Assembly: GCA_035084275.1 (NCBI GenBank)
Contig: CM068745.1
Coordinates: 1,674,001-1,738,000, forward strand
DNA length: 64,000 bases
Source of the DNA: Hydrolagus colliei
Lineage: Eukaryota
Reading direction: 5' to 3'
Shown here: positions 26,630-37,400 of the stretch, in pieces
Position numbering within the stretch: position 1 is the first letter of the stretch
Layout of the letters: each line of letters begins with the position of its first letter
The notes under the pieces: model-generated
What the model was told of the DNA's origin: nothing
The model's input: only the letters and a program-made list of their open reading frames with translations
Databases searched by the model: none
Program-made: the position numbers and the translations under genes

Positions 26630-27312
26630 TTCATAGAATCATAGCATCATAGAAACATAGAATCGTAGAATTTTACGGCACAAAAGGAGGCCATTCGGCC
26701 CATCTAGTCTGTGCCGGCTTTTTGAAAAGAGCAACTCAATCCCACTGCCCAGCTCTCTAACAGAACCTCATAGACCTGCTCTCCCTAAATAAAGATCTAA
26801 TTCTCTTTTAAAAGTTGTTATCGAATCTGCCTCCACCACCTTTTCAGGCAATGCATTCCTGATTCCAACAACCCGCTGAGTGAAAACATTTCTCCTCAGC
26901 TCCCCTCTGCTTCGTTTTGAAACTATTTTAAATCTGTGACCGCGAGTCACTGATTCGCCGACCAGTGAAAACATTTTTTCCCTATTCACCCTGTCAATTC
27001 CCCTCATGATTTTATAAACCTCTATTAGGTCTCCTCTCAACTCTCTCTGTTCCAAAGAGAATAACCCTAGCCTATCTAGCGTTTCCCCATAACTGAAGTC
27101 CCTCAATCCTGGCACCATCCTAGTAAATCTTCGTTGTACCCTTTCCAATGCCTTCACATCCTTTCTGTAGTGTGGTGACCAGAATTGAACACAGTATTCC
27201 AGCTGAGGCCTCACCAAAGTCCTATAGAGGTTAGTCAGCACTTCCTGACGTTTGTTCTCTATACCCCTATTTATAAAGCCTAGTATCCCATATGCCTTCT
27301 TAACAGCTTTCA
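26630..27312 (-). mobile_element. CR1 LINE 3' fragment, same family as the 12.9-14.4 kb copy
   Basis: ORF 26768-27370 LEYCVQFWSPH...RGDLIEVYKIM; near-identical 3' UTR and tail. Confidence 0.93.
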
Positions 27313-28434
27313 CGTAGGAGGCACCTCCCAAGGTGCTGCAGCAATGTCTGCAAGTGCTCTGAGATGCCATCCGGCGTGGTGTGCACTGTATAAATCAAAG
27401 TTGTTGTTGTTGTCCGACAGACAGCTCTAAAGTGAATGATCAATTGTATTTGGAGGATTATTGGCTAGAGTCCACTGAGGTACCAAGGTAATTTGCAGGA
27501 CTGGGAGACTGTGCGAGGTGTTGTAGGAACAACACCTTTGTCCCGTGAAACACTTGGATCGTTCTTTGAATTTTACATTCGAAGCCAAATAGCCTTACAG
27601 CTTAACACTAGGTAGGATTTCAGACCTCCTGTTCGCTAGCAAATCCTCCTACTTCTCCAAAGAAGACGGCATCATTCACCTGCAGTTTCTAACATTCTCA
27701 CCACCAGCCTCAAGAACATAGGCCACTCATGTCCATATTCTATCAACAACAACTAAATTACATTTGTACGGTGGCTTTCATGTCAGGCGGACGTCGCAAG
27801 GTGATATCGGTCACCAAACAAAAAACATTGAAAAGGCATTGGTGCAAATAATGTACTGATCCTTTTTCCTCACACAGCTCAAGCCCTCCACACACAGCTT
27901 CCGTCTGTGGCCCAGATGTTTATGAGTTCATGGTGGAAAATGACGTAAGTGCTAAAGTTGAACGCCAACTTTGCTCACAGTTATTAATAAGTTAGTAAAA
28001 TATCTGGGGGGAGCTTTCATCTTCACAGTGGAATCAGAGCATTATACTGTACATATAATAGGATGTTTAACTTAAGATAAGAATGATAGGGTCAGATACC
28101 TCACCAAGTGAGTCATAATCACACACAGTCATTTAAATGATGTTCTTGTTTATCCCCACCCTCCAGTTTTCTCCTCTCCTGTAGAAGGTTACTCTTGCTG
28201 GGCTTTTGATCCATTAAGGGGAAGCAACCATTTACATGGTCAAAAAGGAAAGTCTTCAAGTGAGACTGGACGTGGAAAGGGAATTGGGTCCAGTGTTGCT
28301 TCACATATAAAATAGGAAGAATGGCCGTTTAGATAAGATACCAAAGAGCTGCCCCCAATTGTGGAGCATATTTCAGTATAAATCAAATCTCTTTACACCA
28401 TTGCTTGTAGTATTGTAAATAAAATTGAAACACA

Positions 28435-28850
28435 AGGCTAGAGAGGCTAGGTTTACTCTCATTGGAGCAGAGAAGGTTGCGAGGAGACCTAGTTTTTAAG
28501 ATCATGAGGGGATTCGACAGAGTAGAGAGGGAAAAACTGTTTCCACTGGTGGGCGACTTGTGGTCACAGATATAAAATAGTTTCTAAAAGAAGCAGAGGG
28601 GAAATGAGGAGAAATGTTTTCAGTCAGCGGGTTGTTGGAATCTGGAATGCATTGCCTGAAAAGATGGTGGAGGCCGATTTGATAACAGCTTTTAAAAGAG
28701 AATTAGATCTTTATTTAGGGAGAACAGGTCTGTTAGGTTATGGGGAGAGAGCTGGGCAGTGGGATTGAGTTGCTCTTTTCAAAGAGCCGGCCTAGCCTAG
28801 ATGGGCCGAATGGCCTCCTTTTGTGCCGTAAAATTCTATGATTCTATGAA
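28435..28850 (+). mobile_element. CR1 LINE 3' fragment, inverted relative to the 26.6-27.3 kb copy
   Basis: ctaggtttactctcattggagcagagaagg...gggcagtgggattga...attctatgattctatg tail. Confidence 0.9.
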
Positions 28851-29124
28851 AAATGAAGCTGGAGTGGTATGATGTGGTAGCACTTAGAGAGAGTTGGCTG
28901 CATTCAGCAAGTTTGTGAGGTAAGCGTAGCAGGGCACTTTTAGAAGGGGTACATAGGAAAGGAGAGACAGAGACAGTGTTAATAAAAAGAGTAAAAGAGG
29001 GATCTGTGTTAATGCGGAATCAAAACAAGAACAGGGAAGGATGTGAGACATTGCTGAGGATGTATTATATACCTCCTGACTCCAAGATGCTATCCCATGT
29101 GAAGGGCAACAACAAGAAAACATA

Positions 29125-29440
29125 ATAAACTGCATTTATATAAGTGCCTTTCATGTCAGGACCACATCCCAAAGGACTGGATAGTTGAGGGTTTGAACCC
29201 GAGGTGGGAATTGGTTTTGAGAGGGGTGAGGCTGGAGAGGGGTGAGGCTGGGGGGGTGGGGAGCTGAGGTTGGAAAGGGGTGAGGCTGGGGTGGGGGTGA
29301 AGCTAGAGGAGTGGGAGGGGGAAGGATAGTTGATCAAAGGCACGATCAAAGAGGAAGGTTTTAAGACGGCCCTTGAACAAGGTAAGGGAAAGAGTGACGC
29401 AAAGGATGGAGTTCCAGAGAGTGGGGCCAGAAAGACCGAG
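29125..29440 (-). mobile_element. L2 LINE 3' end
   Basis: GPTLWNS...FKGRLKTFLFDRAF on the minus strand; tail near 29125. Confidence 0.8.
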
Positions 29441-29900
29441 GTCAAGATCCTCGTCCTCACTTTCAAGGCCATTCACGGCCTTGCCCCCCCCGCCCATCTC
29501 TCTGACCTACTGTCTCCCTACCAGCCTGTGCCCACACCCTCCGTTCAGCAGCCTCAGGCCTGCTCCGTGTCCACCGCCCTAACCCCCCAACCATCGGGGG
29601 CCGGGCTTTCAGCCTCTCTGCTCCCACACTGTGGGACTCCATCCCACAGCCCCTCGCCCTCGCTTCCTCCCTTTCCTCCTTCAAGGCCGGTCTCAAGACC
29701 TTCCTCTTCGACCGCGCCTTTGGCTTCCCCACTAACTCTTCCCCCTCTCCCACTCTCCTTCCCCTTACCCCTACCACGAGCCCCCCCCCCCCTCCCCACC
29801 ACCCACCAGCTTGGGTCCAGATCTGACTGTTCAGCGCTTTGGGACGTCCTCTAAACGTGAAAGGCGCTGTATAAATGTAATTTTGTTGTTGTTGTTGTTG
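29441..29900 (+). mobile_element. L2 LINE 3' end
   Basis: KILVLTFKAIHGLAP...; ttcaaggccggtctcaagaccttcctcttcgaccgcgcc; (ttg)n tail. Confidence 0.85.
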
Positions 29901-30429
29901 AACAGCTGCTGGTGGGGAGGTCATTATATCAATGCAAGTTGCTGTTGTACATGCAAAATGTGGTTATAATGTTGGATTTTTAACTTGAGGAGGAACAACA
30001 GCAATAAAATAGTAAATAAATTATGTTTTGCAGATGTGTTTAGTTTAGGTTTCTCTATAACACCACGCTTAAATAGGAACAAACCTGGAGTTAGTTATGA
30101 GTAAATAAAGCGGGTAATCTGCTTTTACTAATTTCTGCCCGGCTTGAAACAGTAATAATACAGTAATAATAATAATCCCTTGAATTCAATATAATGCCTC
30201 GAGTCGTCACATTGTTGAGATATCCCCAAAAGCATTTGACAGAATATATGGTAAAGTGGAAGAATGACTGTATATTTTATGGGAAATAATTTTTTTTCAG
30301 ACCCAGGTAGAATTCTTGCCCTAGTCACCCTTTATTGGGGGACAGTTTTAATGCATCTCTGAAGGTGTCTATCGGATGTTCTGATCCTCCTATGTGCAGA
30401 TGGCGCCAAGCAAAAATTATGAAAGTAGT

Positions 30430-30527
30430 TAATACTGTACTAGGCTGGCTTGGTCTGAGCTGGTTCGTTCTTGCTCAGGTTTTGAGCTGAGCTGCGAGCT
30501 GAGAGTTATCAGTGCTGCGGAGTGAGT
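30430..30527 (+). promoter_or_regulatory. Possible non-coding first exon/promoter region of KHK ending at donor GGA|gtgagt (30521/30522)
   Basis: The ATG exon needs an upstream exon. This unique, non-repeat segment carries a strong donor ~2.1 kb upstream. No transcript evidence. Confidence 0.3.
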
Positions 30528-30764
30528 CTCTTACTCTTGTAATGCTTTTTCTCCTCGTTTGGTGTTGTATTTATACAGTATGTGGTTGTGTTTTACTTTA
30601 AAGCCTTGTTGTCCTCCCTCCCTGTGCTGTCACCTACCCAAACACTGTTTCCCTTGACTACCCCCCACCCCTCCCAGACCTGTTTCTACCTGTTCTGATT
30701 ATTGCCAAACAATTGACTGTGTGATATGTACTGTCCTGATTTGATGTCGTTGTTGTGGTTGTGA

Positions 30765-30990
30765 AGCTCCTGTAGCTCGGTGGTTAGATTCACTCACTCG
30801 CCTTGCCAACGTGAGACCTGTGTTCCAATCCAGGCAGGTCAGGGTCAAACCTTGGGCAAGTTTCCTTGCTCCACACACACACACACACTCACACACACAC
30901 ACACACACACACTCACACTCACACACACACACACTCACACACACACACACACACATACATACACGCCTGATAATAATCCCTCAAAAAACA
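30765..30990 (+). mobile_element. SINE 5' part with ~90-bp (CA)n expansion
   Basis: Head ctcctgtagctcggtggttag; (CA)n 30873-30962. Confidence 0.85.
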
Positions 30991-31954
30991 ACGCTCTTTC
31001 ATGCTCTCACATTCTTAGCAGCTACAAGATGTTTTGCTAAGACCTTTAATTCCTCTCTGGATATCTTCCCCCCCTTAGCCGTTCTGTGTTCCATTTCCTT
31101 GACAACAAAACCGTTCTGATTGATTCCAAAACACCTTTGTTAAGAATCACTCTGCCAAGAATATCAGGGTTTCTCACTTGAGGGAGACGGTTTGGGGGTT
31201 AAATGTTGAAATGGATTTTTATCTCTTTCACTGTAGGAATTTTGCAATGTCTCCGTTTGTAAATATGCTGTTGGGGGTTAAGCCACTTTCCAGTGACAAT
31301 GTCAAACAACAATAATAACAACAACAAAATTACATTTTATATTTGCCTTTCAAGTCAGGAGGACGTCCCAAGTTACTGAGTGTACAAGCACCAATAAAGA
31401 TTTCTGTACAGTCAAAATTGTTAAATCAATATCATTAGCCAGAGCTTTTTCTCCTTTCACTTTGCACAGATGGACTGTTTATGCTGATCTTGAAGTCTAG
31501 GCCTTCGTGAATCATCGAGTTTCCTTACATGGTTATAATGTGGTTATTACGTGGTTAAAATGTGGTTATAATGTTGGATTTTTAACTTGAGGAACAACAG
31601 CAATAAAATAGTAAATAAATTATGTTTTGCAGATGTGTTTAGTTTAGGTTTCTCTATAACACCACGCTTAAATAGGAACAAACCTGGAGTTAGTTATGAG
31701 TAAATAAAGCGGGTGATCTGCTTTTACTAATTTCTGCACGGCTTGAAACAGTAATAATACAGTAATAATAATAATGCCTTGAATTCAATATAATGCCTCG
31801 AGTCGTCACATTGTTTAGATATCCCCAAAAGCTGATAATAATCCCTCCGAAAAAAACAATCATAAATAAATTGGTCATTTTAATCCACGACTGTTTGTGG
31901 GACCTTTGCCGTGCGCAATCGGCTGCCGCGTTTCCCGTTATGAATCCCAATGTG

Positions 31955-32266
31955 AAGTCCTGTGGCTCAGCTCAGAGCGCTCGCCTCGCAAGTGAGAGAT
32001 GTGGGTTCGATTCCCGGCAGCTCAGGGCGAAACTGTGGGCAAACTTCCGTACTCCAAATGACTGATAATAATCCCTCAAGAAGAAAAACAATAACAAATT
32101 GGTCACTTCAGTCCACAGCTGTTTATGGGACGCTGCTGTGTGCAATTGGCTGCCACATTTCTCCGACAAAATATATAGTCAATTCACTATTAAGTATATT
32201 CTGTGGAGAGCTTTGAGACGTCTAGAAGACGTGAACAGCGCTATATCAAACACAATGATGATTATT
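31955..32266 (+). mobile_element. Deu-type SINE, full length
   Basis: Head, core, tail. Confidence 0.88.
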
Positions 32267-32680
32267 AGTATTGATTATTCCATTTAACTGATTTTGTGTT
32301 TTTAGAGCTAGGATTGAAGTGCAACCAAGTCCCACAAATGCATTAGCTGCGTGATTAACCATCAAATCAATTCTGTTCCTTCTGATTCAGGGTGTAGACT
32401 AGCGCAGTAAAGTACTGCGATGGGTTCTAAGACATCTCGTTCACATGACAGAGTGCTACATCAAATGCAAGGATTATTATTATTATTACATCATCCTTTG
32501 ATTCAAACTGAAAGACATGCTTGATGTGAAGGCTGTATCTCAGCACTGTGTAATTTATATGATTAATATTGAGCCTCAGACACAGTGACCAGTGTGTATC
32601 CCTGTGTCAGCTCCTCGACTGTACTGATGTACTAATCCATAAAGCTGGTGATAGCATTGTCCAATTCATGTTGTTACAGG

Positions 32681-32778
32681 ATGGCAACAGAAGACAGGAA
32701 GATCCTCTGTGTTGGGCTGGTTTGTCTGGATATTATTAATGTAGTTGATTCCTTTCCAGTTGAAGACACAGACACAAG
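32681..32778 (+). CDS. KHK: KHK first coding exon ([33 protein letters not shown])
   Basis: Acceptor ttgttacag|G lies immediately before the ATG at 32681, implying an upstream non-coding exon. Donor AG|gtaaat. Matches the KHK N-terminus ILCVGLVxLD. Confidence 0.95.
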
Positions 32779-34406
32779 GTAAATAAATACTGTAATATTG
32801 ACTCTGATTCCCATCTCGAGCTCTTATCTTTCAGTGCCTTGCGATGATATCCTCCCGACGTGAAAGGCGCTGTACAAATGTAATTGTTGTTATTGATGTT
32901 GATGTCATCCACACTTTGGATTTGGGTCATTTGTTGGTTCACACTGTCCAGCCATTGGTTGCCAAGCCTCAAGCCAGTGTTCCTGCTCTGGAATTCTCTC
33001 TCAAAATCCTTTGCCTTGTGCCTTCTCCTCCTTACCTTCAAAACGCTTTGAAAAGCATATCTCTTTAATTCTCCTTTAGGGCAACCCCTTCAAACCTTCC
33101 TCCTTTCTTGCCTAATCTTTGATCCCCAGGATCTTTGTGAAGCGCTTCTCAATCCTATGTGAAGGATTTGAACATGTTGTTGGTGTCAGCAACCAGGATC
33201 TCTGTGTACTGTAGCTTGATTTGGGAACTACAGTAACATCTCAATAATCTGACATTCCGAAACCCGGCAACTCCCTAAATATACTACACACAGTATCAGA
33301 TTTTGAAGGAGGCCAGGGAGGGGGGTGGAGGGACTGCGGAGGGACTGCGGGCTGGAGTTGCAGAGGTTGGAGGCAGAGTGGCTGAAGCCTCATCCACCGA
33401 TGGCAAACTGAAATCCGGAAGGTGCATGGGCCCAACCGTGCCGGTCATCAAGGTTTTACTGTAAACCACACCAACCTCCATATATACAGTAACAGCCCAT
33501 TTATCCGACACCCTCAGGACCTGGCCAATGCCTGGATATTCGTCCGAAAACGCCCCCCTCCCCCCAAAAAGTAAATTAATACATTATTCCGGATAAATTC
33601 CGGTTAATCGAATGCGGATGTCTGACCATGGAACATAAAGCAAATATGGCCTGGTGTTTTAGAACAAGTTTGAACAAGCAGTCTTGTCACGTTTTAAAAT
33701 GTTAATTTATTGGGTTGGATTTTCGGCAACTTGCCGCTCGAATATCCAGCATATTTGATTAACCGGCACCGAGCAGGTCTCGAGGGTGCCGGGTAACAAA
33801 GGTTTTACTGTAATTTGCAAAATAGCCCAGTATCCTGTTTGCCATGTTTATTAGTGCATCACACTGTTTTGATATGTTGAGCAATAAGCCAAATACTGTA
33901 CCACACTTCAGTTTCTTTCATCACCCCGTAGGAAATAGGAACATTTCTTCACACAGACAATCTAATCAAGAAGGACTATGGAACATAAAGCAAATATGGC
34001 CTGGTGTTTTACAACAAGTTTAAACAATGTAATCTGCTGGGGACAAAACTTTGAACTTTAATCCTCATTGAGAGAGTGCTAACATATACAATTTCAAAAG
34101 AGTTCAAAACCAAAAAAAACTTTACTACTGTATAATAATATAATAATAATAATCCTTGCATTTGATATAACACCTCATCACATCAATGAGACATCTTAAA
34201 GCGCTTCATAAGATATTCTGTAAAATGGATTAACTATATTTTGTGGACGACACGTGGCAGCCAGTTGCAAGTCTCACCAACAGTATTGGAATGAGTGACC
34301 AATTTTATTTGAGGGATTGTATATGGAATGGCTTAAATACACCTATAGTGATTTGTTTTAATTAACCTAATACAAACAATGGTTCCGTAGCTTTGTTTTT
34401 TTTACA

Positions 34407-34466
<60 letters not shown>

Positions 34467-37400
34467 CAGTATACCAGATTTCCTCTGCCAAAATTAAAAG
34501 TTCACAACCATGCTTTTTTTTTTAAAGTCCCTAAAAATGTCTTCATTTGATTAGTTTTTTTCTCTTGTGTTAGATGTATATCCCAGAGGTGGCAGAGAGG
34601 TGGAAATGCCGCCAATTCCTGTACAGTGCTGGCATTGCTCGGCACTCCGTGTGCTTTCATGGGCTCACTGGCACCCGGACGAGTTGCAGAGTGAGTTTAA
34701 AGTATAATTGTTATTGCCATATCACATCCCCTCACCCTGCCCGTGGCCGTGTTGCTCAACACCTCTGGACGTGTTGCTCATGCCTGTGTCTGGGAATTTT
34801 GCTCGGTGACTGAAGTTTGTTGTTTTCGTTGGCTTGTTGAAAATGATATTTTATTGATAACTTCAATATCAAAGCTTGTGCGAGAGCCTAATATGTACAT
34901 AACATTAGGACACAATAGGGTGAGTATTGTGCCCGAAAAATGCTCCAAGAGATAAACAGAAGGTTTGATAATACATCCTGAGAAACTGAGTTCATTAGAT
35001 CAGAGATTGACCTACTAATAGTTGCACTTTTATTCTGACTGTCCTGATTTTACTGTTTTGCTGAGTTAAGGTTCCATTAGGATTGGTTTTCTGAGGCTCT
35101 TGAAGCCAAGCATCAATGTAGAAAGATTGAAACAAAAACAGAAGTTGCTGGGAAAACTCAGCAGGTCAGGCAGCATCCATGGAGAAAGGAAAGTGAGTCA
35201 ACGTTTCGGGTCCACGACCCTTCATCAGAACTCAACTTAATGTAGAAAGATTGACTTCTTCCCCCCATCCACAAATCCAATATTTCAATCCAGATCAGGC
35301 TTCTTAGAAGAGTTCCCCCTCCCACTAATTTCCATACCCTCCCTCAATCTCTCAACATAGAAAGAGTCTGGAAGGAACCAATGTTGATGGGAGTCCATCT
35401 GTAAAGCAGTTCATTCTTCAGCTGCATTATATTGAAAGATGAGAACTAGTGAAAAGGTTCCTTCCCATGTGTGCCAATGACTTACACTTCCATCTGTGCC
35501 ACTGGACCCCTGAAACCAGTGTTGTCCTCCCGGCCATTTCATCATCGTGTGCCGTGGTCATTGTTTTCAAATCTATTCACTCCTTGGCACCTCCCCATCT
35601 CTCTGACCTACTCACTTCCCAATCCACCACCCGACTCCTCCGCCTGACTGGCACCAGCCGTCTGCTTGTCCCTCACGCCCTCCTCTCCACCATTGGAGCT
35701 TGTGTATTCAGCCACTAGGCCCTAAACCTCTGGAACACTCACTCATTCAATCCCCCCCACCTCCACTGGCTCGGAGTCAAGCACTCTGAGACCCTGCGTG
35801 GAGGGCGCTATATATGAGCAAGTTGTATGGTGCCCTTTACTTAACACTTAACAAAATGGATTTATTAATTATCTAGTAAACAACCATTTCATTTTCATTG
35901 CTCGTTAATGATCTGATAGAGGGCATCCATCATTCCCTCTGTAAACATGGCTCTCATAATATGACTGTGTTTAAACATGTTTTACACTCAGCATATAAGA
36001 GGCCCATTGTCTCCAATCTTGGATATCTGAAATAAACCCAAACCTGAAATGCACATGGCAACTCACCCAAACAGGAGAAATACAGATCAATCAGGTTAAA
36101 CCATAGTCATCCATTTTAATACTTGTAATACTGGAGAAAAGGGCACTCAACAAAACAAATTCTATCTTCTCCTCCTAAGAGTAAAAGGTTTGGCATTAAG
36201 GAGTCTTGCATATATAAAATACTTACATTAACAAAGAATGTATGGATTACAGCACAGAAATAGGACTCTCAGCTCAACCAGTCTCTGCTGGTGTCAATGT
36301 TTTCAAACCAGCCTCCACCCATTCCTTACTCCCTACCTTTCTACTCCCCAAACCCTAATGGGAAGGTCTAGCTTCCTTGGAAACGCATTATTTTATATTT
36401 CAAAAGTAATGTGTGTACAAACAGTGAAATATTGCAAAAGTGTAGATTTCAATAAATAATAAAAATGATTCAATGATGCTTTGTTTCCAATGAAGGCATG
36501 TCACCTGGATGGGCTGAATGGCCTGCTTCTTCATCTTAATTTATTTTGCATGAAATATTGGCAAGTATATCTGTGGCTTCCTTTCCTAATTTTAGATTGA
36601 CTTCATTGTATTTATTATCTTGTTTGCTATCTTTTCATTACTTTTTGTTTGTTTCTTCCACCCTCTTTCTCTCTGTCTCTCTCAGATTTCATTCTTCATT
36701 CTCGTTTACTACCCCCTCACCCTCCTCTATGCATTCAGTTTGGGAACATTCTCTTCCAAAATAACAGTAGCTCAAGCAGATGTCCATAGTCTGTACAGCA
36801 AGAGAATTGAAGGATAATATTTTGGTTGGAGCAAAGAGTATGGTGACTAGACGCAGCCCAGTTGAAAGCCAAAGGGAAAGGAGATATAATGGAGATGAAA
36901 AACTGGGCTACTGAACTGAGGTAAACTCTGACAATGAGACAGACTTTCTCCAACATAATTGTGCAATGCACTATTTCTAATTTTTTAAACTTTCTATTGT
37001 GAACAGAGAGGTGGGCATTAACACCGACAAGAAAATTACACTCGTATAGCGCCTTTCACACACATAATAAATAGAACAAAGGCTATTGAACAGTGGTTAC
37101 TGTTCAGCAACAGCCAACAGTTACAGATGGCTCCTTAAGGGAACCTGGACATCTATATATACACGTATATGCACACACGCACACACGTAATTAAAATTTT
37201 CAGTCGTTGTTGGTGAGGATGGGAGAGTCACCAAGGTAAGGATGTCCTATTTTGGTTACATGAGACAAAGTAGTGGAGAGCTTGCTCACACCATACTGTC
37301 TGGAGACGAGGGGAGTGAATGAATGCACCTGGGAATTGCAGTTTCACAGCATCAATAAAATGGGCTAAGCCACAGGAATGATTTTGACCTAAAGATTTCA

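Larger units (their letters stand above)
29955..31832 (+). repeat. ~277-bp direct duplication (29955-30233 and 31557-31832)
   Basis: Near-identical aaaatgtggttataatgttgg...gatatccccaaaagc in both positions. Confidence 0.9.
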
